Notes: a model not told the origin generated them from the letters alone. 64,000 bases of DNA from Nitrospirota bacterium (GCA_963701855.1 CAVPBK010000011.1:217171-281170); one strand, 5' to 3'. Shown: positions 20,639-31,233, counted from the first letter of the stretch. Numbers and translations are program-made.

Positions 20639-21883
20639 ATGCCCGTCTATCACTATAAAGGCTATCGGAACGACGGCGGAGCCGCGACCGGCATTATCGA
20701 TGCCGAGAGCCCGAAGGTTGCGCGCGTAAAATTGCGGAAAGTCGGCGTGTTTCCCACCGATATGGTGGAACAGGGCTCGGGCTCGACCACAGCCGGTTCG
20801 GCCACGGGCACTTCCAGCAAATCCGCTGCTGGAATTGGACGTTCCCCGGCTCTCAGCACAACGGATGTCGCAATGATGACCCGGCAGTTGGCGACCTTGC
20901 TGGTCGCAGGGCTGCCGCTGGTCGAAGCGCTCGGGGTGATGGTGGATCAAACTGAGAAGAAAGCCGTGAAGAGCCTCATGGCCGACATCCGCGAAGAAAT
21001 CCGTGGAGGCGCGTCCTATAGTGCGGTGCTGGAGCGTTACCCTCGTGAATTCTCTCAGATTTATGTGCATATGGTGCGAGCCGGAGAAGCCAGCGGGGCC
21101 TTGGATCAGATTTTATTCCGACTTGCGGAATTTCTGGAAAAACAGTTGGCGCTCAAACACAAAGTAACCAACGCCGTTCTCTATCCTGCTCTGATGTTAA
21201 TCGTCGGCGTCTCGGTGCTGTTTTTCCTCATGACCTTTGTTGTGCCCAAAATTACCGCCGTCTTTACGAGTATGAAGCAGGCCCTCCCCTGGCCCACCGT
21301 CGTGCTGATGAGCATCAGCCATTTCCTTGCCGACTATTGGGCAGTGATGCTCGGTGGGATTGGTCTGATCGTATGGGCGGCGCGCCGGGCAATGAAAACA
21401 GAATCAGGACAGCTCACGGCAGACCGATGGCTCCTCAAAGTTCCGCTCATGGGCGAGGTGGCCCGTATGGTCGCCATCTCGCGGCTCACGAGCACGCTCG
21501 CCACCATGCTGGCGAGTGGTGTGCAGTTGTTGGATGCCATGGATGTTGCCAAACGTGTGATGAACAATCGTGTATTGGAACATGCGGTCGAGGGGGCCAG
21601 ACAGAATATACGGGAAGGCGAAACGATCGCCGAACCGCTGAAGCGCAGCGGAGAATTTCCCGCGCTGGTCACCCACATGATTGCGGTCGGCGAACGCAGC
21701 GGTGAAATGGAGGAAATGCTGCGTCGAATCGGACACATTTATGATGGAGAAGTAGACCGGGTCATTACACGATTCACATCGCTCCTTGAACCCATCATGA
21801 TCTTGTTCATGGGTATCTTGGTGTTCTGTATTGTGGTAGCTATTCTGTTGCCGATCTTTGAGATGGGACAGATGGTTCGATAG
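20639..21883 (+). CDS. gspF: Type II secretion inner-membrane platform protein
   Basis: MPVYHY, TRQLATLLVAGLPL, GEASGAL, AVGERSGE and LLEP. Confidence 0.95.
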   Translation: MPVYHYKGYRNDGGAATGIIDAESPKVARVKLRKVGVFPTDMVEQGSGSTTAGSATGTSSKSAAGIGRSPALSTTDVAMMTRQLATLLVAGLPLVEALGVMVDQTEKKAVKSLMADIREEIRGGASYSAVLERYPREFSQIYVHMVRAGEASGALDQILFRLAEFLEKQLALKHKVTNAVLYPALMLIVGVSVLFFLMTFVVPKITAVFTSMKQALPWPTVVLMSISHFLADYWAVMLGGIGLIVWAARRAMKTESGQLTADRWLLKVPLMGEVARMVAISRLTSTLATMLASGVQLLDAMDVAKRVMNNRVLEHAVEGARQNIREGETIAEPLKRSGEFPALVTHMIAVGERSGEMEEMLRRIGHIYDGEVDRVITRFTSLLEPIMILFMGILVFCIVVAILLPIFEMGQMVR

Positions 21884-22098
21884 CAGGAGGCTGAAAAAGT
21901 CCGCCAGTTCGGGGAAAGCTGAGGTCAAGGCTGAGAAGAGAGGCTAAGGTTAAGGTTGAGGGGGGAAGGCTGGAAGTTAGAGGTTTGAGGGTGACGGTTG
22001 AAGCCTGAGAGCCAATGTAGAGGGTGCAGAATTGAAGAGAGGCAGAGAAATATCCGGCTCATTGCTTCCGAGCTTGGCCTTAACCTCGGCCTCAACCT
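21884..22098. repeat. MITE left end plus hexamer hairpin
   Basis: CAGGAGGCTGAAAAAGTCCGCCAG followed by an AGGTTG array. 22057-22098 matches the reverse complement of 16295-16336 at 37/42. Confidence 0.75.
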
Positions 22099-22141
22099 AC
22101 CTCTGATCAGTGATGGGTGATGAGTCTATGGGAGGTGTTCG

Positions 22142-22669
22142 ATGAATGGAATAGAGCAGGTCGAGGGCATGTGGACGATGTGGAGCAGGAACCGCTGGCG
22201 CCGAGGTTCCGTCGCCAGGCGCCTCACGCCTCGCGACCTGGGTGGAACAGCCGGATTTACGTTTATCGAGATCATGGTCGTGGTGGCCATTCTCGCAATC
22301 CTCGCCGCCTTGGTCGTCCCTCGCATTATGGGACGGACCGACGATGCCAAGCGCACAGCGGCAAAAGTTCAAATTCGAAATATCGAAGGAGCCTTACAGC
22401 TCTACAAACTCGACAATGGGGTCTATCCTTCGACTGAACAAGGATTGAAGGCCTTGGTAGAAAAACCTTCGGTCGGGGTGGTCCCAAAGAAGTGGAAGAT
22501 AGGCGGATATCTTCAAAAACTCCCGGAAGATCCCTGGGCAAATCCCTATAAGTATCTGAGTCCTAGTCCGAAAGGTGACTACGAGCTGGTCTCCCTTGGA
22601 ACAGATGGCGAAGTGGGTGGCGAAGGAATCAATGCCGATATAGCCAATTGGAATCTGGATAAGGATTAG
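22142..22669 (+). CDS. gspG: Major pseudopilin
   Basis: GFTFIEIMVVV, YKLDNGVYPSTEQGL, DPWANPY and SLGTDG. Confidence 0.95.
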   Translation: MNGIEQVEGMWTMWSRNRWRRGSVARRLTPRDLGGTAGFTFIEIMVVVAILAILAALVVPRIMGRTDDAKRTAAKVQIRNIEGALQLYKLDNGVYPSTEQGLKALVEKPSVGVVPKKWKIGGYLQKLPEDPWANPYKYLSPSPKGDYELVSLGTDGEVGGEGINADIANWNLDKD

Positions 22670-22673
22670 CAGG

Positions 22674-23324
22674 ATGAAGCACGGGGTAAAGGGAGTAAGA
22701 AAGGGTAAGAAGGGACGAATATGGGAGATGCACGGGACGTCGTCCCGCGCCTCACGCCTGATGCCTCACGCCATACGATCCTCACGTGGATTCACTATCT
22801 TGGAAATCATCATTGTGCTGTTCTTGCTCGTCGGTTTGCTGGGAATCGTTCTGCCTCGAATTTCTCTGGAAGAAAACCTCGGTTCCGTCGGCCGCCGAAT
22901 GGTCGGGACAGTACGATCCCTCCAGAGCCTAGCCATGTCAACCCAAAAGACGGTCCGTCTATACGTTGATATCGACCAAGGGGTCTATTGGCCGATGATC
23001 TTGGATGGGAACCAAGAAAAGGTGCCGATAGACGCCGCCTGGACCACGCCGCTGAGCCTCCCAGCCGCTATCCGCTTTTCAGATATTCTGGCCGCTCAAG
23101 AGAATAAGACGTTCGGTCGGGTCGATCTGTCCTTCTACCCTACGGGAAGGATCGATCCAGCAACGATGCATTTGGTGGATGCGCGCAACAACATTCTGGC
23201 CATTGCCATCGAGCCGGTCACAGGAGCGATCCGCATGAGCGACGAACGGATTGAGCCTGCCAGACCACTCATCATTCTCGAACGTGTGAGGCCATTGCTC
23301 AAGACCACAGCGGCAGGCGGCTAA
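22674..23324 (+). CDS. gspH: Minor pseudopilin H
   Basis: GFTILE prepilin motif, FYPTG and position after gspG. Confidence 0.8.
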   Translation: MKHGVKGVRKGKKGRIWEMHGTSSRASRLMPHAIRSSRGFTILEIIIVLFLLVGLLGIVLPRISLEENLGSVGRRMVGTVRSLQSLAMSTQKTVRLYVDIDQGVYWPMILDGNQEKVPIDAAWTTPLSLPAAIRFSDILAAQENKTFGRVDLSFYPTGRIDPATMHLVDARNNILAIAIEPVTGAIRMSDERIEPARPLIILERVRPLLKTTAAGG

Positions 23325-23369
23325 CCACGCCAACGTTGAGGACGCTGTGTCATCGCAGAGTGTGTTTCT

Positions 23370-23786
23370 ATGGGGAGTGAACGGGGTTTCACGTTATTGG
23401 AAGTATTGATCGCGCTCGGCATTCTCGCGCTGGCGCTGCCGATCTTATTGGGGCTTCGCAATTGGGATCTCGACCTCCATGCGAGAGCCAAAGAACTCAC
23501 GACCGCCACCATCCTTGCGCAGGAAAAGTTGATCGAGACGGAATTGGGAGCCCTCTTGCCCCTCGGTGAAACAGGCGGAGAGTTTCTTCCGATCCCCCTG
23601 GGATCGCAAGCCACCGCCGAGATCCAGAACCGCCCGTCAAATTATCGATGGAAGCGAATTGTATCGCCTACACCGTTGCCGGCCGTGCGAGAAATCAAGA
23701 TTCAGATTTTGTGGCCCCGAGGGAAAACGGATGAAATGGTCGAAGTCAGTACCTACGTCTTTTCGACGAGCGCCACGGGATTCTGA
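23370..23786 (+). CDS. gspI: Minor pseudopilin I
   Basis: GFTLLEVLIAL and YRWKRIV. Confidence 0.85.
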   Translation: MGSERGFTLLEVLIALGILALALPILLGLRNWDLDLHARAKELTTATILAQEKLIETELGALLPLGETGGEFLPIPLGSQATAEIQNRPSNYRWKRIVSPTPLPAVREIKIQILWPRGKTDEMVEVSTYVFSTSATGF

Positions 23787-24372
23787 AGGTGGCTTCACCT
23801 TGATCGAAGTCCTCCTGGCAGTGTCTCTGATTGCCATGATGGCCACCGTGGTCTTTGGATCCCTCTATGTCACCATCAATGCGATCGATGCGGCACGAAT
23901 AAAATCAGCCGATGAGCAAATCGTTCGCAGCACGCTGCGTCTCATGAACGATGAACTATCGGTCAGCATGGACCGCCCTATCGGTCCGTGGGTGGGCATC
24001 AATGCCCAATACGAAGGTCGTCCTGCCGACTCAGTAGCCTTTCTTACCATGGGCCAGTTTCGAGGAGCGGAATCGGCCAAAGATACTGAGATGGTTCGTA
24101 TCGTCTACACCAGAGAAGGCGATCGTCTCCTTCGATTCGTGCGAAGGAATCTCTATGGTTTGACAGACGAATCTGTCGAGCAAGTCGAGCTGGCCACCAA
24201 GGTAAAAGGGTTCAACGTGCGCTACTACGACGGTAAGAGCAATCTCTGGCTGGATGAGTGGACTGGTGGTGGGAGTGCGCCTCCCAAAGCGATCTTACTT
24301 GAACTCACGCTGCTCCAAGAGAGGGCGGAACTCCAGACCGTACGCCAATGGGTGGCGGTGGGGGCCTCATGA
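23731..24372 (+). CDS. gspJ: Minor pseudopilin J
   Basis: GFTLIEVLLA and FNVRYYDG..W..EW...PKAI; start uncertain. Confidence 0.85.
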   Translation: MKWSKSVPTSFRRAPRDSEGGFTLIEVLLAVSLIAMMATVVFGSLYVTINAIDAARIKSADEQIVRSTLRLMNDELSVSMDRPIGPWVGINAQYEGRPADSVAFLTMGQFRGAESAKDTEMVRIVYTREGDRLLRFVRRNLYGLTDESVEQVELATKVKGFNVRYYDGKSNLWLDEWTGGGSAPPKAILLELTLLQERAELQTVRQWVAVGAS

Positions 24373-25271
24373 CAGCCTGGTCTCTCGCCTGGCCTGAGAG
24401 ACTGAAGCTGAACGGCCCCCTGGGGTGGGGATTAGCATCGCTGGCCTGCTTCATGATATTTCTGGTCCTGACCTTTCCCTATGGCCCACTCCAGAACCGC
24501 CTGTTGACCGAACTCAATCGGGCGAGTGGATGGGAGGTCCGTGCTGCGGATTGGTCGGTGGGTCTTCCCGCAGCCATTGAGTGGCGTGATCTCGTCCTCA
24601 CTGGACCGACGATCGGAACGATTCCCGTTGAAGCCGTCCAGGCAACAATTGGAGTCTTCCAAGCAATTTTAGGCCAAGTAGTGCTAGATTACGCCATCCA
24701 GCTGCCGAGAGTGACGCCGGCGGGAGTGGGACGAGCCACGGGGTCGCTGACGGCAGCCTCGTGGTCCTTAGCGGGTCCTATTGCCGTCAAAGGCCGGCTT
24801 CAGGAGCTAGACCTTGCAGCAGTCCTAAAACCCTATGTGAGCCGTGGGACAGTCCAGGGAGATTTTATGCATCGATGGGACAATGTACAAGGCGCCCAGG
24901 CTGCCATCAAAGGGGAAGGGACCGTGAATGTCGAAATCAAGGATCTCGTCGTCGAACGGATTGCTGCCGGCGCTACTGTGAATTCTTCGCTTGCGTTCGG
25001 CCATATCCAGGCTGCCATCGCCTGCCGCGATGGCGCATGCGACGTCACGGAATTGAAGGGAGACGGTGTGGACGGATCCTTTACGGCCCAGGGACATGTG
25101 GCATTGCGGCAGCCACTGCAGCAGAGCCTTCTTGATCTCACGGTCACCGTGGTTCCCGGCGCCGGGTTTGCCAAAAAAGCAGCGAGCCTCTCGTTACCGC
25201 CATTCCAAACAGGCACCCCTTTGACGTTCAAGCTGATGGGCCCGATTATGAGTGCGAGGGTGGCGTTCTAG
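24369..25271 (+). CDS. gspN: Type II secretion protein N-like
   Basis: N-terminal TM ending LTFPY, beta-rich periplasmic part, T2SS context. Confidence 0.65.
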   Translation: MTAWSLAWPERLKLNGPLGWGLASLACFMIFLVLTFPYGPLQNRLLTELNRASGWEVRAADWSVGLPAAIEWRDLVLTGPTIGTIPVEAVQATIGVFQAILGQVVLDYAIQLPRVTPAGVGRATGSLTAASWSLAGPIAVKGRLQELDLAAVLKPYVSRGTVQGDFMHRWDNVQGAQAAIKGEGTVNVEIKDLVVERIAAGATVNSSLAFGHIQAAIACRDGACDVTELKGDGVDGSFTAQGHVALRQPLQQSLLDLTVTVVPGAGFAKKAASLSLPPFQTGTPLTFKLMGPIMSARVAF

Positions 25272-25294
25272 ATGAGAAACAAACAGAGTTGTCG

Positions 25295-26869
25295 ATGATT
25301 GCTGAATGTGTCGGGCTCGATATTGGGCAGACAGCCTTCAAGGCCGTGCGGTTTCGCCGCCGTCTGACAGGGCGTGAATCGGTGGAATACTTCCACCAAC
25401 CCATTCCTTATAGCCGCCAGGAACACACGGAGCCTGCACATCGCACGGCCATGCTCAGAAGTTTCCTCTGGCAACATGGTTTGTATGGCGGTGGGGAAAT
25501 CGTCACCGCGCTCCCCTGCCAGGATGTATTTGTCAGAACCCTCTCCTTCCCCTTTCGCGATGCCACCAAGCTGGCGCAGATCGTCCCATTCGAAATGGAA
25601 AATCTGATTCCTATGCCTTTGGAAGACGTCACCGTCGGCAGTCTGTTGCTGCCGGCGAGAGAATCCCCTGAAGGGACCATGAAAACCAAAGGGTCCGATG
25701 TCCTCGTCACCGCAGCGCCCAAAACAAAGATCACTGAGCATTTGCGGTTTATGGCCTCTGCTGATCTGAACCCCTCCGCAATCACGATTGACGGCATGGC
25801 CTTGTTTTCCGTCAGCCAGTTTCTGAAGGAGGAAGGGGCCCAAGTCCCCGGCGACATGGCGATCATCGATGTCGGGGCCTCAAAGACGACCTTGTGCCTA
25901 GTGCATGAAGGCCGCCCCGTGCTGCTGCGAACCGTGCAGTGGGGTGGGAACCATCTCACCCTGGCGCTTGCCGTTCGCCATGCTTGCAGCTTCGCCGAGG
26001 CAGAACGGCGGAAACGAGCCATGGCCGTACAGGAAATCGATGCCTGGCTCGAGCCGGTACTCAAAGAGTTGCGCGTCTCCCTCCACGCCTACGAAAGCAC
26101 CGTCCATCAACGGCTGACTCATTGTTGGGTATCGGGCGGCGGCTCGAAACTGAAAGAACTGAGCGGGCATATGGCGCATCAATTGGGGTTACTCCCGGTT
26201 GGCCCACGGCAAGGATTTGGGTCGAGCTGTCCTCGCGCGTTTTCCATTGCTTTCGGATTAGCGATCCATCCAGGCATTGTCCGCCCCCGCTGGAAATCGA
26301 GGCTGGCAGGGTCAAATCTCGCTCTTGATTTCAAGGCCGGCAGCGATGCCGCATCAGCCACCATAGATGTCTCGAAACAGGACCGGCGGCTGGCCCTATG
26401 GGGCGGGCTCATCCTGATTGTTCTGGCCCTGGTGGACCTTTCAGTGCGCGTCGTCCTCAAGGATTCGACGGTCAAAGACCTCAAGCTCGGACTCCAAACG
26501 CAATACGAGCAAACCTTCGGTCCAGGCGCCGGCCCCGGCGAGGAATTGGACCAAGCGCGCTATCGAGTCTCACAGCTTGAAAAAGGTCTCTCGATTGTCG
26601 ACGGCACACGCTACAACGTCCTTGCCGGCCTTGCGGAACTGGTGAAACATGTACCACCAGGCATACCATTGAAAGTGCGAGAACTGACGATCGACGGGAG
26701 CACCATCCATCTGGAGGGAGAAACCACAACCTTCGATGCGGTTGAGAAGATCAAGCAAGCCTTTGCGGGAGACGAAACCTTTCATGACGTGTCCATTAGC
26801 GATACCCGTGTCGGGGCTGTGCCGAACCAAGTCGTGTTTCGCCTCACCTATGCGGTGCAACGGCCATGA
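25295..26869 (+). CDS. gspL: GspL/PilM-like assembly protein
   Basis: GLDIG, IIDVGASKT and VSGGGS (actin-like), then a TM and a PilN-like C-terminus. Confidence 0.8.
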   Translation: MIAECVGLDIGQTAFKAVRFRRRLTGRESVEYFHQPIPYSRQEHTEPAHRTAMLRSFLWQHGLYGGGEIVTALPCQDVFVRTLSFPFRDATKLAQIVPFEMENLIPMPLEDVTVGSLLLPARESPEGTMKTKGSDVLVTAAPKTKITEHLRFMASADLNPSAITIDGMALFSVSQFLKEEGAQVPGDMAIIDVGASKTTLCLVHEGRPVLLRTVQWGGNHLTLALAVRHACSFAEAERRKRAMAVQEIDAWLEPVLKELRVSLHAYESTVHQRLTHCWVSGGGSKLKELSGHMAHQLGLLPVGPRQGFGSSCPRAFSIAFGLAIHPGIVRPRWKSRLAGSNLALDFKAGSDAASATIDVSKQDRRLALWGGLILIVLALVDLSVRVVLKDSTVKDLKLGLQTQYEQTFGPGAGPGEELDQARYRVSQLEKGLSIVDGTRYNVLAGLAELVKHVPPGIPLKVRELTIDGSTIHLEGETTTFDAVEKIKQAFAGDETFHDVSISDTRVGAVPNQVVFRLTYAVQRP

Positions 26870-27414
26870 TTCAGATGTTGAAAGAACGGTGGCAGCATTT
26901 CTCACAGCGCGAGCGCATCATCGTGGCTGCAGGCGGCACCATGGTCGCAGCAGCGATTGTTTTTCTGCTGGTCATCGATCCGCTCATGACGTCGATCGAC
27001 AAGCTCGATCGGCAAGCGCGCCGAAAAGCAAAAGACAGCCAGGAACTGGCGCTCGTTGCACAGGAATATGTCCTCAAGCAAGCGCGCATCGCCAAACTCG
27101 AACAGCGCATGCCCGCCCCGCCAGCCCAGTTTTCACTGCTCGCGTTCATGGAAGAAGCGACGACGACGGCGCAGATTCGCGATCGCATCGCCAGCATGCA
27201 GCCACAGACTCCCATTGTCGTCCAGGGCTATCAGGAAACCTCGGTCGACGTTCGGCTCGACGGAGTATCACTTCCCCAGCTCCTCGCGCTGCTGGTGGCC
27301 ATCGAACAGGCGCCCTATGACGTCCAGGTGCATCATCTGCAGATGAAACCAAAATACGACAACCCCATCAATCTCGACGCCACGCTGAAAATCGTGACCT
27401 ATGCGAAGGTCTGA
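26866..27414 (+). CDS. gspM: Type II secretion protein M
   Basis: W..FSQRER followed by a TM; V.VRLDGVSL..LL.LL..IE. Confidence 0.85.
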   Translation: MIQMLKERWQHFSQRERIIVAAGGTMVAAAIVFLLVIDPLMTSIDKLDRQARRKAKDSQELALVAQEYVLKQARIAKLEQRMPAPPAQFSLLAFMEEATTTAQIRDRIASMQPQTPIVVQGYQETSVDVRLDGVSLPQLLALLVAIEQAPYDVQVHHLQMKPKYDNPINLDATLKIVTYAKV

Positions 27415-28348
27415 TGAACGCGGTATCGCTCTTCTCCTCACCCTCCTGGTACTGACACTCCTCGTTGCGCTGATTCTTGAGTTCGACGCCGAGGCGAGAC
27501 GGGAATACCGCGATGCCGCGGCCTTTCGCGATAACTTCAAAGCAACGGTGCTCGCACGCGCGGCAGTGCAGGCTGCCCGTGGCACCTTGCAGCAGGACTT
27601 CTTGAAGGATAAGCAAGCGGGCCAGTCTTTCGATGCCCTCACCGACTTGTGGGCTCTTCCCATCAGGGATTATGCCATCGGCGATGGTCTGCTGACCGCC
27701 CAGATTGAAGATGAACTAGGCAAGCTGAACCTGAACGACCTGGCAGCCGTCGGAGAACTCGAAGCTAAGAAAAAGAAGGTGGCACGGGTCAAACGGCTCT
27801 TCGAACTCGTACAGATCAATCCAGATTTGGTGGATGCCATCGTCGACTGGGTAGATAAGGACGAAACTCCGGAACCGTCCGGCGCAGAGAGCCTCTACTA
27901 TCAAACGCTACACCCGTCCTACCGGGCGGCCAACCTCCCATTGCAGACCCTCTTGGAATTGCGCTTGATTAAAGGAATGACGCCCGACATCATCGCGAAA
28001 CTCTCAAAACTGGTGACCGTCTATCCATCAGAAGGTCAAAGCAGGGTAAATATGAACACCGCCGATCCCCTCGTGCTGCAGGCCCTCGATCCTCGTATTA
28101 CGCAAGGCACTGCCGCAGATATTGTCCAGGGGCGCCCCTTCAAGACCATTCAAGAGTTGGATCGTGTGAGTAGTTTTGAGGATATTGGAAAGGAGCTCCG
28201 TCAGCAAAACCTGTATGACGTCAAGAGCAATCTATTCTTAGCCCGCATGATAGTTCGCCTAAACGAAGTAGCCAGGAATGCGACCGTGGTTCTCCAGCGT
28301 GATCCGAACGATGGAACAAGCACGGTGATATACTACCGCGTCCTCTAG
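27401..28348 (+). CDS. gspK: Minor pseudopilin K
   Basis: RGIALLLTL, IEDELGKLNLN, AIVDWVD, ELRLIKG and VNMNTA. Confidence 0.92.
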   Translation: MRRSDERGIALLLTLLVLTLLVALILEFDAEARREYRDAAAFRDNFKATVLARAAVQAARGTLQQDFLKDKQAGQSFDALTDLWALPIRDYAIGDGLLTAQIEDELGKLNLNDLAAVGELEAKKKKVARVKRLFELVQINPDLVDAIVDWVDKDETPEPSGAESLYYQTLHPSYRAANLPLQTLLELRLIKGMTPDIIAKLSKLVTVYPSEGQSRVNMNTADPLVLQALDPRITQGTAADIVQGRPFKTIQELDRVSSFEDIGKELRQQNLYDVKSNLFLARMIVRLNEVARNATVVLQRDPNDGTSTVIYYRVL

Positions 28349-28404
28349 CCAGCAGGACAAGGAATTCATCTCGCCCCCAGATCGCTTTGCTCGTAGCCAG
28401 ACAA

Positions 28405-28640
28405 CCGGCCTGAAAGCCGGCACCTCGGTGACGAATGCGGCAGCATCCGTGACTGACCTTCGCTTGCAAGTTCGCAAACCCACCAACATTAATCGTGTTT
28501 CGGACTCTCAGCTGAATGAACGATCAGACACCATTGTGAAACTACACGGCGAACACCAGCGGCCTCACAACGAAACAAAAACGGAAATCTCGAAACCTTC
28601 CTCTAAACGTCAATCCTCGCACAAGCAGACTGCCCCGTAA
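28405..28640 (+). pseudogene. Degenerate copy of the 3' end of the 31718-32776 gene
   Basis: DLRLQVRKPTN...SQL..RSDTI.KL...KPSS..Q.S.KQTAP* aligns with DLRLQIRELTN...SQL..QSDTIEKL...KPSSGQKPSSKQATP*. Confidence 0.75.
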
Positions 28641-28643
28641 CAA

Positions 28644-28690
28644 TTTTACACAATGTTAATAATTTAACACGTTGGTAACACTCTGTTATC
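28644..28690 (+). promoter_or_regulatory. Putative Pho-box array
   Basis: TTTAAC/GGTAAC/GTTATC at 11-bp spacing (28663, 28674, 28685), upstream of slp and the porin. Confidence 0.55.
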
Positions 28691-28884
28691 AGCCCTATAA
28701 CATGGCACCCCCATATTCCCGTGGTGTATAGGGCAAGTGATTTGAATCGAGGTTACCAGGTGAGCCTAGGGCTAGCACTCAGGATTGGCGATGGTCTTCG
28801 CTTCCTAACAAGCGGTTACCGCCTAACGCAGAATTTTTATCCATGGCGAGTTTGAACTGAGCCAACCATCCACCCCAACAAGGA

Positions 28885-29463
28885 GTGAGCCTCATGAATC
28901 TTATGCTTCTTTCAACACTCATGACTCTGACCCTGTACGCAGGGCTGTCAGGGTGCGCTGCTAACAAATTTTTTCCGCCAGAAGTCATGGAAAAGGTCTC
29001 TCCGACCTTTCATTTTGAGGCCTGGCGTGACGCGGGTCCTTCGAATGAGTCAGGGAAATCCGATGCCGGGATCAAAGTCGAACTGGGAGGCCGGATCGTG
29101 CAAGCTGCCAAGAACGGCAAGGGTATCGTGATTGTCGCGGAACAACTTCCCATCGTGAACCATCCTGCGTATGGACCGACGGAAGATGTCAAGAGAACCG
29201 GCGACTATGAATTCGCCTTTCTCTATTCAGGAGAGATTGACGCGATGGATCTGATGAAGGGGAACCGGTTCATCATTGTAGGAACGACCACGAGCAGACG
29301 TCCGGTCCTGGTGAACGGCATACCCAAAACCGAGCCCTTCATAATCGCAGACTGCATCCATGTGTGGCAGACAGGCGGGGCCGAAATCGCCGAATTTAAA
29401 GAAGATCTGGGAGGAGGCCTTTCACCCCTTCCGGAAAAGAGCTACTGCGCCGCTAAAAAGTAA
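28885..29463 (+). CDS. Slp-family outer-membrane lipoprotein
   Basis: Lipobox LSGC, VELGGRIV, GNRFIIVG and IHVW. Confidence 0.75.
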   Translation: MSLMNLMLLSTLMTLTLYAGLSGCAANKFFPPEVMEKVSPTFHFEAWRDAGPSNESGKSDAGIKVELGGRIVQAAKNGKGIVIVAEQLPIVNHPAYGPTEDVKRTGDYEFAFLYSGEIDAMDLMKGNRFIIVGTTTSRRPVLVNGIPKTEPFIIADCIHVWQTGGAEIAEFKEDLGGGLSPLPEKSYCAAKK

Positions 29464-29606
29464 CGAGATTTGAAACAAACTATACGAGCAGGTCACTGCT
29501 GAGGAGCGGGTGACCCACGCTGCCGGCGGCAACCTGAAGCATATTTCACAAGGCCTCTCTTTGGAGGTGCCGGAGAGGGGATGAATGTCATGATGGAGGT
29601 ATTCGA

Positions 29607-31103
29607 ATGACACGACTGTGGTTCACAACCATCGCCTGCGTTATCAGCCTTGGCTTTATTGTTCAGGCCGAAATTGCTCAAGCCAGCCTTGAGGACCTTC
29701 TCTATGAGAAAGGGCAGATCACCAAAGAAGAATGGCTCAAACTTCAAGCCGATCGTGAGAAAGCAGGACCGGCAGTGCAAGGGGCGCAGGCGCCTGGTTC
29801 TGCTACGTCCGTACCAGATCCCGTCACGAATCTCGATTCGCGCTTGGGCATGGTCGAGGAGTGGAAAGCCAAGATCGAAAGGCTTCCATCGCTAAGCGGC
29901 AAGTTTAACATCGGAATCAACGCCCTGCAGTTCCTCTACACGCACCAGGATGCCAAGGTCGCCGAAGGCAAAAGCCAAGATAACCTCTCAATCCGACGGT
30001 CCGAGGTACTCATGTACGGAAAGGTCAACGAATATATCCCGAAATGGCACACCCTGATGGAAATGCAGAGTAACAACTTGACCAACAACACACCGGGCTG
30101 TTCGGCGACAGCGGGACCCTGTAATGGCCAACCAACAGGGACTCCGGCTGCGACCACGATGTTCCGTGAAGCCTATATCGATTTCAGACCGATGCCCAGC
30201 ATCGCGCCCAATCTCAACGTCATTCGGATGGGGGTGTTTCGTATGCCCTTCGGCATTTTCACGGAAACCTCCGGCGGTATCCGGGATGTGATCAGTTCCC
30301 CCTACCTCAACTCAGTCGGCAGCGGCACAGTAACTCGAAACGGGTCGGGGAATAGCACCGTCGGCACGATCGAGTTCATTCAAGAGCGAGACTATTTTGC
30401 CGATGTCAGAGGTACCTTATTTAATCGACTGGACTATGTGGCGGGAATCATGAACAACAATAACTTTCAGGCCAACTCCGTGGGAGCGAATGGCCCCAAA
30501 GTCTTCTACTCACGGGTCCGTTTTCTGGTGACGGATATTTCGTTTATCAGTTTTAACGTGCTGACGGGCGAGAGCAATAATACCAATACCGAAATCAACG
30601 GGCGTGGAAAAGGAGCATTTGATCGATACGGGATCGATGCCCGCTATACATCTCGCTATCTTCCCGGATTGATGGTGCAGGGCGAATGGTGGCAAGGGCA
30701 TGACGGAGCCAACCAAACCACAGTCGGCACCCCGGCTCAAGGAGCCTGTCTTAACGTGGCCCAGTGCGGAGGAAACGGAGCCCCTGGAGTTCAACGGCGG
30801 ACATGGTATGTCCTCGGGAAGTATTTTATTTCGGACGGCCCCCTTCAGAACTTTGAGCCGGTGGTGATGTATGAACAGTTCGATCCCAGTACCACGATGA
30901 GCAATGACATGTACACGCGCACCATCGTAGGATTCAACTACTACTTTGAGAATCTTCCGCCCAAGATCCAAAGTAAGATCTCGATCGATTATGAGTTTCG
31001 CCACCATCAGGGGTTTGGCACGGGTCCAAATTCGGCTCCAACCCCTACCGATGCCTTCGCACAGAATGTCTTTCTGGCTCAATTTCAGGTCCGGTACCAG
31101 TAG
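29607..31103 (+). CDS. Porin, probably phosphate-selective (OprO/OprP-like)
   Basis: Signal peptide, LLYEKGQIT.EE, IRRSE, EAYID, GVFRMPFG and C-terminal QFQVRY; upstream of pst. Confidence 0.75.
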   Translation: MTRLWFTTIACVISLGFIVQAEIAQASLEDLLYEKGQITKEEWLKLQADREKAGPAVQGAQAPGSATSVPDPVTNLDSRLGMVEEWKAKIERLPSLSGKFNIGINALQFLYTHQDAKVAEGKSQDNLSIRRSEVLMYGKVNEYIPKWHTLMEMQSNNLTNNTPGCSATAGPCNGQPTGTPAATTMFREAYIDFRPMPSIAPNLNVIRMGVFRMPFGIFTETSGGIRDVISSPYLNSVGSGTVTRNGSGNSTVGTIEFIQERDYFADVRGTLFNRLDYVAGIMNNNNFQANSVGANGPKVFYSRVRFLVTDISFISFNVLTGESNNTNTEINGRGKGAFDRYGIDARYTSRYLPGLMVQGEWWQGHDGANQTTVGTPAQGACLNVAQCGGNGAPGVQRRTWYVLGKYFISDGPLQNFEPVVMYEQFDPSTTMSNDMYTRTIVGFNYYFENLPPKIQSKISIDYEFRHHQGFGTGPNSAPTPTDAFAQNVFLAQFQVRYQ

Positions 31104-31233
31104 TCGGAGTCTGAATTCAACCAGACAAAGAAACGATGGACGATGGGGAGGTGGCGGCATACATCTGGGTTGATTATAATAGACAACTTCCCTTGGATAG
31201 GCAGAAAGACATCATCTTTCACTCTCCCTTTGT

